Shown here: positions 1 to 6,895 of the stretch, piece after piece | Layout of the letters: every line of letters starts with the position of its first letter | How positions within the stretch are numbered: the stretch's first letter is position 1 | Source of the DNA: a virus | Direction: 5' to 3' (one strand) | IMG/VR virus record: IMGVR_UViG_3300037458_000312 | Length of the DNA stretch: 40,483 nt | The notes under the pieces: generated by a model | Told to the model about the DNA's origin: nothing | Seen by the model: only the letters and a program-made list of their open reading frames with translations | The model's database searches: none | Made by a program: the position numbers and the translations under genes

Positions 1-127
1 ACCATCAGGCCGCCGTCGAAGCGGTGCAAGTCGATCCGGTGGCGCGGGAGAAAGTGGATGCGGCACTGCGGGCGCAGTTCTTCGACCTGATGAAATATGC
101 CCAGGAGCAGGAAACTGCGGCTTGGGA
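1..127. repeat. Terminal overlap: nt 1-127 are identical to nt 40357-40483, so the contig closes on itself (unique length 40,356 bp)
   Basis: Direct base-by-base comparison of both window ends. Confidence 0.9.
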
Positions 128-434
128 ACGATCGGAGAAGAGCGTCGGCGATGCGCGCTCCTTTGCTGAGAAGATGCTAGGGCAGGAGGGCTGGCAGTCA
201 ATCGGATTTGGCGCGTTGATTGGCGTTCTGGCCATCCTGATTATCGTCGGCGCCGGATGGATGCTGTGGCGCATCGCCGAGCTTGCCACTACGGACCAGA
301 CCACCCGCGGGCTCATCGTCGGCGCGGCGATCGCCATGCTTGGGCAGGTTGTTTCCTACTTCTTTGGCAGCAGTAGCTCGAGCCGGCAGTCGGGCGAGGC
401 GCTGCGCAACATCGCCCAGGGGAAGCAGCAATGA
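1..434 (+). CDS. 3' part of the lysozyme/3-TM holin ORF that begins at 39594 and wraps across the contig junction
   Basis: Track ORF 24..434 is in frame with 39594.. through the 127-nt overlap. Hydrophobic helices GFGALIGVLAILIIVGAGWMLW and GLIVGAAIAMLGQVVSYFF. From memory it resembles the GTA-type 3-TM holin family. Confidence 0.6.
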   Translation, partial: HQAAVEAVQVDPVAREKVDAALRAQFFDLMKYAQEQETAAWERSEKSVGDARSFAEKMLGQEGWQSIGFGALIGVLAILIIVGAGWMLWRIAELATTDQTTRGLIVGAAIAMLGQVVSYFFGSSSSSRQSGEALRNIAQGKQQ

Positions 435-604
435 AGTTCGTGATCTACCAGAGGTCCGACGGTGACTGGACGTGGAGCCTAAAAGCGCGAAATGGCAAGA
501 CGATCGGCGACGGCAGCGAGGGCAACAGACGCAAGGCTTACGTCGTCGCCATGTGCAAGCGCATCAACCCCAACATTACGAGAGAGGTGAAGAATGGATC
601 ATGA
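431..604 (+). CDS. YegP/DUF1508-like small protein (57 aa)
   Basis: Below the track size cutoff. Its ATG overlaps the upstream stop (ATGA at 431-434). MKFVIYQRSDGDWTWSLKARNGKTIGDGSEG fits the DUF1508 pattern. Confidence 0.5.
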   Translation: MKFVIYQRSDGDWTWSLKARNGKTIGDGSEGNRRKAYVVAMCKRINPNITREVKNGS

Positions 605-866
605 TCCGAGAATGACCATCGCTGCTCAGGCGACTGGCATCCACGATTACACCGGGTTCAAGCACTCAGTGCGCCCGATCCCAGATCATTTGGCGAATGC
701 TTACATACCACCCCAATACGTCGGCCGTCCGCTGCCGGCGGGGGCATTCAAGTCGCTGTGGCCCAACGGTGCCGGCATCGACTGGAACAAGAACAAGCCC
801 GAAAACTGGACGCCCGACTGGCGCCCGCCGTTCTGGACGTACCGTCCTGAACTTTACGAGGAGTGA
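594..866 (+). CDS. Hypothetical 90-aa protein; stand-alone copy of the C-terminal domain of CDS 34040..34993
   Basis: Track ORF. AYIPPQYVGRPLPAGAFKSLWPNGAGIDWNKNKPENWTPDWRP versus AYIPPQYIGHALPAGAFKSLWPNSVGTDWVKAKPEGWSPTWRP. Confidence 0.5.
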   Translation: MDHDPRMTIAAQATGIHDYTGFKHSVRPIPDHLANAYIPPQYVGRPLPAGAFKSLWPNGAGIDWNKNKPENWTPDWRPPFWTYRPELYEE

Positions 867-868
867 AA

Positions 869-1246
869 ATGAAGCGCGCAATTCTGGCAGCGGCAATCTT
901 GGCAATCTCGATCCCGGCGCAGGCTGGACTCTGGTGCCGCAACAGCAACGGCGAAACGCTGGGCTGGCAGATCGCCCAGCCGAGGCCCGCCAATGCGGCG
1001 CAATTTGGCAATGCGGAGGAGGTCGTCTGCATGGTCAACGCGCAGATCTACCGCGACATGGCATCCGGCGCGCTGGGCCTGCGCGACTTCCCGGTGCAGG
1101 CGGCGATCCCGGGCACGCTGGTTGCCGGGCCGCAGGGCAACGGCGCAATCTACCGGGGCAACTGGGCGCGGTGGCTGATCGACAACCTGCCGTCGAGCTA
1201 TGGCTGGTACGCCGATTGGGGCTACTTCGAGGCGATCCAGCCGTAA
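869..1246 (+). CDS. Secreted/periplasmic protein of unknown function
   Basis: Track ORF 863..1246. ATG 869 lies 5 nt after GAGGAG. Signal-peptide-like KRAILAAAILAISIPAQA; no lipobox. Confidence 0.6.
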   Translation: MKRAILAAAILAISIPAQAGLWCRNSNGETLGWQIAQPRPANAAQFGNAEEVVCMVNAQIYRDMASGALGLRDFPVQAAIPGTLVAGPQGNGAIYRGNWARWLIDNLPSSYGWYADWGYFEAIQP

Positions 1247-1317
1247 CGCCCAGCCGGGCGAGCCGCGTATCACCGGCAGCGCGGGCGCCGACTCCTCCGC
1301 GGCGTGACCGCGCCGGG

Positions 1318-1333
1318 CGGCCCGAAAGGGCCG
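1318..1333. terminator. GC hairpin (CGGCCC-GAAA-GGGCCG) between convergent late and early-left operons; possible bidirectional terminator
   Basis: Perfect 6-bp stem with a GAAA loop read in the sequence; only a weak T tract follows. Confidence 0.3.
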
Positions 1334-1384
1334 TTCGTCATCTGCTCCCGGTCAGGCTGGCGAGGTCGGCGGCGGTCAGGAACA

Positions 1385-1703
1385 TCACGCCGCCTTGATC
1401 GCAGCGACCTGGGCGATCCGATGGCCTATCCACGCCATGCACGGCACGGCCATGCTGTTGCCAAGTGCCTTGTAGCGCGGGCCGTCGGCGGCGGGCTTGT
1501 TGCGATACGAGATCAGCGTGTAGTCGTCGGGGAAGCCCTGTAGGCGCTCGCATTCGCGCGGCGTCAGAGCGAAAGACCTTGACGAGCCGATCCGGGATGT
1601 TCGACGGCCACTGCTCGCGCGGCACGGATTGCAGCGCATCGGGCTGCTTGGCGTTGTCGCGCGCAAGCTGACGGCGCTGAGCGCGGGTGACGGTGATCGT
1701 CAT
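1385..1703 (-). pseudogene. Chimeric remnant: a 43-aa N-terminus of a phage protein (VPREQWP...VFRS type) joined out of frame to the last ~60 aa of a C5 cytosine DNA methyltransferase
   Basis: The ATG at 1703 is coupled (ATGA) to the upstream gene and gives MTITVTRAQRRQLARDNAKQPDALQSVPREQWPSNIPDRLVKVFRS, followed by a non-protein-like tail. A second frame reads ALTPRECERLQGFPDDY...YKALGNSMAVP (C5-MTase motifs IX/X). No motifs I-VIII are present in any frame. Confidence 0.55.
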
Positions 1704-1936
1704 CAAAAGGTCGTCGGTTGAGCCACGGCGCGCACCAGCGCCATCGTGCCGGTTTGGAGGTCGGTCGCGCCGATGCTGACCCACCGCTGGTCGAGGCCAT
1801 CGGTTGCACGAAGCTTCGCCACAAGCTCGCCAAGCGCCACGCCGTGCGCCTTGATCTCGTTCATCAGCGCGGCCTCCTGCTCGTTTAGTTGGCGATAGCC
1901 TGTCACTTTCGGTTGCACGAACGTTTCCATGTTCAC
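1703..1936 (-). CDS. Acb2-like small protein (candidate cyclic-oligonucleotide sponge / anti-CBASS)
   Basis: 77 aa. GYRQLNEQEAALMNEIK...DQRWVSIGATDLQTGTMALVRAVAQPTTF matches my recollection of the Acb2/Vs.4 family pattern. Y14 and K29 have the same 15-residue spacing as the reported Y11/K26. Confidence 0.45.
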   Translation of the reverse strand: MNMETFVQPKVTGYRQLNEQEAALMNEIKAHGVALGELVAKLRATDGLDQRWVSIGATDLQTGTMALVRAVAQPTTF

Positions 1937-2109
1937 AGTCCTTTCTGTTTAGCAATCCAATCACTGATGACGATGGTCCCGTTGCCCAAGCGATCGAAGT
2001 GCATCGATTCGACCTGCGACAGCGGAATCCATACTTCTTCGCCGTCAACGTCTATCAGCACGGCGTTTTCGGTTTCGTACTTACGCACGCATTCAACGGT
2101 TATGCTCAT
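1933..2109 (-). CDS. Hypothetical small protein (58 aa, MSITVECVRKYETENAVLIDVDGEEVWIPLSQV...)
   Basis: Internal ATG of track ORF 1933..2154. ATGA coupling at both ends. Confidence 0.5.
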   Translation of the reverse strand: MSITVECVRKYETENAVLIDVDGEEVWIPLSQVESMHFDRLGNGTIVISDWIAKQKGL

Positions 2110-2207
2110 AGCATCCTCCACGCCCACCGCGCCGCCGCGAGGTCTTTCTTGCATTGCTGAAGTTCTGCACAGACGGCTAAATACTGATCCCGTGGTGTGC
2201 TGCTCAT
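2106..2207 (-). CDS. Hypothetical micro-protein (33 aa, MSSTPRDQYLAVCAELQQCKKDLAAARWAWRML)
   Basis: Hand-translated. Its start overlaps the stop of 2204..2467 (ATGA), and its stop overlaps the start of the next gene (ATGA). Confidence 0.4.
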   Translation of the reverse strand: MSSTPRDQYLAVCAELQQCKKDLAAARWAWRML

Positions 2208-2467
2208 TTCTTCTCTCCGGCGAGCGCGGCGTCGATGCTGTCGCGGAGTGCGCTTTGTCGGGACTCCCACGGGTCTAACCAACCGCGCGCTTCCAACAGC
2301 AGCGCCCGCGCCGCCGCGAGGTCGGCCCGCAGGGCGGTGATGGCGCGCTCCATGTCTCTTACAAGGTAACTGGTGCCCATGTGCATCGCCATTGGCTGAC
2401 CGGGTAGCTCCAGCATCTGGAATTGCAACGCGCGCTCTAGCAGCGCATCAAGTTCGTCGTTCGTCAT
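2204..2467 (-). CDS. Hypothetical early protein ending ...IDAALAGEKK
   Basis: Track ORF; ATGA coupled. Its C-terminal module is shared with 4012..4236. Confidence 0.55.
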   Translation of the reverse strand: MTNDELDALLERALQFQMLELPGQPMAMHMGTSYLVRDMERAITALRADLAAARALLLEARGWLDPWESRQSALRDSIDAALAGEKK

Positions 2468-2865
2468 TTCTGCTCCTTGAGGGCGGCGTCGATGTCCAGC
2501 ATCAGCACGCCGCGATCCTTGTCGGTCTTTACGCCAATCGGAACGTGCGCCACGACGTAGCAGTACGCGTTAAGCAGTAACGCGCGCATCCTCTCCAACT
2601 TCCCCGCCTGCTCCGCTGCGATGGCTTCCGCTTTCCTCTTGTCCGCATCCGCCGCAGCGGCCAGCGCCTGCCATTGATCGCGTTCGTGGCGGAAAGCGTC
2701 GTTTTCCATAGCCAGCTTGATGCATTGCTCTAGCGCATCGGCGTCTGCTGTGTAGTCATCCGCGAGCCACTTTGCCGCCGCATCAGCGGCGCCGCGACGG
2801 TGAAAGGCAATGCGCTGCTGAACGCGCCGGAACATTTCATCTCTATCCATTTCTCTCATTTCCAT
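2464..2865 (-). CDS. Hypothetical coiled-coil early protein ending ...IDAALKEQK (Ead/Ea22-like modular style)
   Basis: Track ORF. The start is ambiguous (ATG at 2865, 2859 or 2850). Shares the AAEQAGK.E and C-terminal modules with 3641..4015. Confidence 0.55.
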   Translation of the reverse strand: MEMREMDRDEMFRRVQQRIAFHRRGAADAAAKWLADDYTADADALEQCIKLAMENDAFRHERDQWQALAAAADADKRKAEAIAAEQAGKLERMRALLLNAYCYVVAHVPIGVKTDKDRGVLMLDIDAALKEQK

Positions 2866-3325
2866 CTGACAGAAATGCGTCTAGCACTTCGTTGCTGATG
2901 CGAATAGCGGACTCAGTTGCCACAAGCGCAGCGGGCAATTCGTCGTTACCGTGCAATGCGTCCAGCACGATTGAGTCGGCGCGAATCAAGCGACACAAAT
3001 GCCGCGCTTTGTCCGTTGCCCGAGCAAGCGCCGACAGCAATGCGTCATGCTGTCCTTTGTCGTTGGGAGACGGGTGTGCATAAAGCGGTCGCCACTCCTG
3101 CGCGTTGTCTATTGGCGGCGTCATACGAATCCATGTCTCGGCGGTGCCGCGACAAGAAACCAACTGCCACGCCACGGGCTGCGAAGATATTGCCGACCGT
3201 AGCCTCTCAATCTCCTCCGCCTGCTCGCTCGCGATGGCGACGTGGCGGGCGATGTCGTGGCGCAGTGCGGCGCACTCAGGGCATGGTGGCGGCGGGTCGT
3301 CGCGTAGGCTGATGTTGTAGCTCAT
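2843..3325 (-). CDS. Hypothetical early protein with an ALRHDIARHVAIASEQAEEIERLR module
   Basis: Track ORF 2843..3355. ATG 3325 forms ATGA with the upstream stop. Confidence 0.55.
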   Translation of the reverse strand: MSYNISLRDDPPPPCPECAALRHDIARHVAIASEQAEEIERLRSAISSQPVAWQLVSCRGTAETWIRMTPPIDNAQEWRPLYAHPSPNDKGQHDALLSALARATDKARHLCRLIRADSIVLDALHGNDELPAALVATESAIRISNEVLDAFLSDGNERNG

Positions 3326-3516
3326 CCCCGCACCATCCACCGCCACGCCGCCCACGAGATCAGCAGCAGCACCGCCCAGAGCACCGTCCCGCCGATGACC
3401 GCGGCGACGATCCTGAGCGGGCGCGGGAAGTCGGGCCGCAGCGCGATCCGTTCGCGCACCTGTCGCGGCGTCATGTCGAGTAGCGCGCCGATGGCGGATG
3501 CGGAAAGCCAGTTCAC
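3322..3516 (-). CDS. Small protein: N-terminal AlpA/PrtN-like HTH-like segment plus a C-terminal TM anchor
   Basis: GTG start overlaps the upstream stop (GTGA). LLDMTPRQVRERIALRPDFPRP is followed by VIGGTVLWAVLLLISWAAW. The tail is paralogous to the tail of 4418..4681. Confidence 0.45.
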   Translation of the reverse strand: MNWLSASAIGALLDMTPRQVRERIALRPDFPRPLRIVAAVIGGTVLWAVLLLISWAAWRWMVRG

Positions 3517-3644
3517 TTCACGCTCTCCCCTCTCGCCAGATCGTGATCCTTGCTCGCCGCGGGGTCGATTGCGTCGGCGGCACGAGCGCGGGCAGCGTAA
3601 CGCAGGTCGTCCACCAGCGCATCAAGCTCTTTGTCCGAGATCAT
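3513..3644 (-). CDS. Hypothetical micro-protein (43 aa, MISDKELDALVDDLRYAARA...)
   Basis: Hand-translated; ATGA/GTGA coupled at both ends. The N-terminus resembles MTNDELDALLERAL of 2204..2467. Confidence 0.4.
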   Translation of the reverse strand: MISDKELDALVDDLRYAARARAADAIDPAASKDHDLARGESVK

Positions 3645-4015
3645 TTCTGCTCCTTGAGGGCGGCGTCTACCACTTCATCGATTGTCGATGCTCGAAACGT
3701 CGTGGTTTCGTGATACCAGCGGCGCGTGAGGTAGGACAGATCGGTGCCGGGGAATTCTTCGTGCGTCGTCCAAGTCATGTGTTCGCGCAGCCACCGATAC
3801 CGCAGCGCGTCCTGACGCAACTGTTCAATCTCCCCCGCCTGCTCCGCTGCGATGGCGACGTGGCGGGCGATGTCGTGGCGCAGGGCGGAGACTTCTGCCG
3901 CCAGCGCGTCGTTGTTGCTGGTGATGTCGATGCTCATTGGCTTTGGTTCTTTCCATTCGTCGCGGCATTTCCAACATTCATATCGGACTAGCTTGTGTTG
4001 GCATTGCGCGCTCAT
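3641..4015 (-). CDS. Hypothetical early protein (Cys-rich N-terminus, ALRHDIARHVAIAAEQAGEIEQLR module, ends ...VDAALKEQK)
   Basis: Track ORF; ATGA coupled. Confidence 0.55.
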   Translation of the reverse strand: MSAQCQHKLVRYECWKCRDEWKEPKPMSIDITSNNDALAAEVSALRHDIARHVAIAAEQAGEIEQLRQDALRYRWLREHMTWTTHEEFPGTDLSYLTRRWYHETTTFRASTIDEVVDAALKEQK

Positions 4016-4236
4016 TTCTTCTCCCCGGCGAGGGCGGCGTCGATCAATGCTTTCGCGGTATGGTAGTACCCACGATCAATCCGTTCGCTAACAGCCGCTA
4101 GTGCCGCCCGCGCCGCTGCGAGTTGGGCGCGCAGCCGCTGTACCTCATCCACGGCAGCAATCACGGCATCCTGCGTGCCGCGCGTCGGGTATGTCTGCGC
4201 GATGCGGCGCAGGTCTGATAGCACTTTGTCTGTCAT
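4012..4236 (-). CDS. Hypothetical early protein (74 aa) ending ...IDAALAGEKK
   Basis: Internal ATG 4236 of track ORF 4012..4410 forms ATGA with the stop of 4233..4421. Confidence 0.5.
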   Translation of the reverse strand: MTDKVLSDLRRIAQTYPTRGTQDAVIAAVDEVQRLRAQLAAARAALAAVSERIDRGYYHTAKALIDAALAGEKK

Positions 4237-4421
4237 AGCAATATCGCAGCCAACCATAGCCGCACTGACAGCGGAGCAATGAAAATTAGGCCAACGCAAA
4301 TTAGCCACTTGCCAGCGCGCGTCCCGCCGGGGAATTCCTCCGCCGCCATGCCAACGCCCAATGACGAGATGACGACTCCAATCATGGTGAGCACGGCTGA
4401 TGCAACCCATCCTTCTGTCAT
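4233..4421 (-). CDS. Small 2-TM membrane protein (62 aa)
   Basis: MTEGWVASAVLTMIGVVISSLGVGMA...KWLICVGLIFIAPLSVRLWLAAILL; ATGA coupled at both ends. Confidence 0.5.
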   Translation of the reverse strand: MTEGWVASAVLTMIGVVISSLGVGMAAEEFPGGTRAGKWLICVGLIFIAPLSVRLWLAAILL

Positions 4422-4681
4422 AGCGAAAACGCCCGCCACGCCGCCCAGGCCGTGAGCAGCACGAACGCCCAGATCAGCAGCCCTCCGATGACCCCGGCCA
4501 CGATCCCGCGCGCGGCCCGGCGGTGTGCCGGCACATACCGGATCTCGCGCGGAAGGTGGATGCCGCGATCCATCTGCTCGCGCTTCCAGATCATTGTCGA
4601 AGTGTGGTCGATCCCGAACTCATAAGGTTCTTTTGGGATCAGATGCAATCTGCCCGGATTCATATAAGAGTCGTTCCGCAT
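4418..4681 (-). CDS. Hypothetical protein with a C-terminal TM anchor
   Basis: Track ORF. The tail is GVIGGLLIWAFVLLTAWAAW. The N-terminus MRNDSYMNPGRLHLIPKE is echoed by the HNH gene upstream. Confidence 0.55.
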   Translation of the reverse strand: MRNDSYMNPGRLHLIPKEPYEFGIDHTSTMIWKREQMDRGIHLPREIRYVPAHRRAARGIVAGVIGGLLIWAFVLLTAWAAWRAFSL

Positions 4682-4693
4682 TTGATGTGTTCC

Positions 4694-5245
4694 TTATGAG
4701 CGAACGCTTCGATCTGATTTGCGAGCCATCACATGAGTTTCTAAGTGATGTTTCTTGCATAACCAAATCACGTCAAGCGGAAGGCTGTATGCTGGATGAT
4801 GCGCTTCTATGTGATCTGTTGCGCCACAAGCCCAACAAGGAAACGGAAACAATCTTCCATCTCGAATGGCATTATTTACAGCATTGTTGGCGATGTATCG
4901 CTGCCGAGACTTTTCTCTTCGCCTCCTTGTTGCTTCCATAGTGGCTATTTTCCCGGCCTCGCTGTGCCTGTACTCTTTATGCCAAGCAATCGTGCTTGGT
5001 AATGCGTCATAAGCGCGCCGCCATTCTTGGATCTTTTCAAAGTTCTTTGCGTAATGCTCTTTGTGATAAGCAGAAATACATGTTTTGCAACGTGAGTTTC
5101 TTCCGTATTTTGCTGTGTTGTGCAAATGAAACTCATCTAATGATTTAGTTTCTCCGCACTTGGCGCAGGTCTTTTCTTTAGGCACGCATTTCTTCTTCGG
5201 CTGTAAGTGCATCCGGCCGAGGTTCATGGTCGAATCGTGTCTCAT
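4694..5245 (-). CDS. HNH-family endonuclease (free-standing homing-endonuclease-like insertion)
   Basis: CWACGATDHIEAHHPAYSLPLDVIWLCKKHHLETH (HNH motif) plus N-terminal CxxC...CxxC. The region is visibly AT-richer than its flanks. ATG 5245 forms ATGA with the exonuclease stop. Confidence 0.7.
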   Translation of the reverse strand: MRHDSTMNLGRMHLQPKKKCVPKEKTCAKCGETKSLDEFHLHNTAKYGRNSRCKTCISAYHKEHYAKNFEKIQEWRRAYDALPSTIAWHKEYRHSEAGKIATMEATRRRREKSRQRYIANNAVNNAIRDGRLFPFPCWACGATDHIEAHHPAYSLPLDVIWLCKKHHLETHVMARKSDRSVRS

Positions 5246-6402
5246 ACCTTGAGCTCCTCTTGCGGCGTCCCCGTGTCCCACGGCAAGTCGTCAACAAAGT
5301 CATCGCCGCGCGGCATCGGCTCGCGCTTCGTCTTCGGCGACGGGATGATCCGCGCATGACCGAACACGCCCTTAAACTGATCGACGCCTTCGTCGCCGAG
5401 CAGGCGCTTGTCCTCGGCCGCGACGAACTCCTTCGACAGATACTCTGGCTGCCTGAAATAGGCGCCGGTCAACTTGTTGCGCCAAGTCGTGACGCCATCC
5501 TCGTCGTTCTCGATCTCGGCAAAGTTCTCGACCAGGCGCGGGATGAAGCGGTGGTCGTCACAGCCGACGCGCTGGAAATCCAACGGGATCGTCTCGCGGT
5601 CGTTCCGCGCACACGTCCAGGTGCCATCCTGCTCCGGCGTGACATGGGCGCACGTGCGGCATGAGACATCGGGTGCCGCGGTGCCATGGCAGATCGACGA
5701 ATAGGGGCACCACTTGCAGAGCCAGAACGCCGGGTCGGTGCTGATCTTCTCCGTCGGCGATGCCGCGAAGATGATCTTCTCGCAGCGGTCGAGCAGGGCC
5801 GTCGCCTTATCTGCCTGGTACTCGGTGCGCACGGCAATCGTCTCTCGCCCGCCTGGCGTGCTGACGGTGAGGTAGTGCCGCTTGAGCTCGGCGTGCTTCA
5901 TATACAGCTGCGCTTGGGCGAAATAGACCTTGTCCCAAGCCTCGAGGGCGTCCTTCTCGCCCTTGTCGGCGACCGCCTTCTGCAGGGCCTTGAACTTGTC
6001 CGGGTTGACCTGCTTGTGCTCCCAGACGTGAGCGGTCTTCGGCGCCTGCAGGAGCCCGACGACGACGCCGTCAAGGTGCCCGCGCAGATGTCCGCCGCAG
6101 GCTTGCAGGGCGAACTGCTGCCCGTGCTCGTCGGCGGTGTAGAGCTTCAGCCCGGGCACCAGGCGCAGCCGGGCGGCCTGCAGCGCCTCGCCGGCATGGC
6201 CGTCGGCAAACGCCTTCAGCGTCTTGGCGCTGAACTGCTCGCGCGCTGCCCAGCGAAAGCGTAGCCACAGTTTCCGGGCGCATTCGTCGCCGGCCGAGCT
6301 CATGCCGAAGTACGGCCGCGGCTCTTCGCTGGCCGCGGCTGCCTCGAGGGCAGCGTCGATCGCAGCCAGCGTCGGGTCGAGCGTGATATCGGGCAGCTTC
6401 AT
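5242..6402 (-). CDS. PD-(D/E)XK (Cas4/YqaJ-like) recombination exonuclease with a Cys-rich C-terminal extension
   Basis: 386 aa. FGMSSAGDECARKLWLRF..., HLDGVV...WEHK, C-terminal WLCKWCPYSSIC and further Cys clusters. Sits next to the Sak4/SSB genes. Confidence 0.6.
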   Translation of the reverse strand: MKLPDITLDPTLAAIDAALEAAAASEEPRPYFGMSSAGDECARKLWLRFRWAAREQFSAKTLKAFADGHAGEALQAARLRLVPGLKLYTADEHGQQFALQACGGHLRGHLDGVVVGLLQAPKTAHVWEHKQVNPDKFKALQKAVADKGEKDALEAWDKVYFAQAQLYMKHAELKRHYLTVSTPGGRETIAVRTEYQADKATALLDRCEKIIFAASPTEKISTDPAFWLCKWCPYSSICHGTAAPDVSCRTCAHVTPEQDGTWTCARNDRETIPLDFQRVGCDDHRFIPRLVENFAEIENDEDGVTTWRNKLTGAYFRQPEYLSKEFVAAEDKRLLGDEGVDQFKGVFGHARIIPSPKTKREPMPRGDDFVDDLPWDTGTPQEELKV

Positions 6403-6872
6403 GCCGCACGGGACCAGGGGCGGGCGGGCTTGGCGGCCGGCGCCGCGGCAGGGGCGGGCGTGGCCGGCTTGGGCGCTGCGTTGCCGGCGGCCATGTACGC
6501 CTTGATGCGGTTGTTCTCGTTGCCGTCCTTCACTTCGACCGCGACCTCGATCTGCAGCGGCTTGTCGTGCAGTTCGGCCGAGTCCTTCGCGGCCTTGATG
6601 CCGAGCGCCTGATAGATGGCAGCGAGCTCGCGGCGGGCGATCTCGACCGCGGTCTGGTTCGGATTGTCCAGGTTGAGCCGAGCCCAGACCTTACGGTTGG
6701 CGTGCGGCCCGTCGAGGACGGTGAACTCGAGTTGCAGGTAGGCGCCGGTCCCGCTCTTGGTCTGCTTCTCCTCGGAGGCGGTGATCATCGCGGTGTAGCG
6801 CCCGCGCGGCAGCACGGTCATCGGTTGCAGCGGTTCGACTTCGGATGCGTTGAAAAAGCTAAGGTCGGCCAT
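6399..6872 (-). CDS. DUF669-like phage ssDNA-binding protein
   Basis: Internal ATG 6872 of track ORF 6399..7286. MADLSFFNASEVEP...GRYTAMITASEEKQTKSGTGAYLQLEFTVLDGPHANRKVW. Pro/Ala-rich tail. Typical partner of Sak4. Confidence 0.6.
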   Translation of the reverse strand: MADLSFFNASEVEPLQPMTVLPRGRYTAMITASEEKQTKSGTGAYLQLEFTVLDGPHANRKVWARLNLDNPNQTAVEIARRELAAIYQALGIKAAKDSAELHDKPLQIEVAVEVKDGNENNRIKAYMAAGNAAPKPATPAPAAAPAAKPARPWSRAA

Positions 6873-6895
6873 GATGGGTCCTTTGGGTGGGTGGA

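Noticed and set aside
1-127. The 127-nt terminal repeat as biological direct terminal repeats
   Set aside because: The exact length of 127 and the perfect identity fit an assembler k-mer overlap. The repeat lies inside a coding region (the holin) with no packaging-signal features. This is not fully excluded without read-terminus data.
5-337. 110-aa minus-strand ORF and other short ORFs overlapping the holin region (198..431-, 283..465+)
   Set aside because: They are antisense or off-frame to a clearly membrane-protein-like coding frame that continues from the other end of the circular contig, and they have no motifs of their own.
863-868. GTG 863 as the start of the secreted protein, and GTG 24672, GTG 27581 and ATG 25583 as starts given by the ORF track
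   Set aside because: Downstream ATGs (869, 24678, 27584, 25604) have better Shine-Dalgarno spacing or form ATGA/TGATG overlaps with the preceding stop. The track simply reports the longest ORF.
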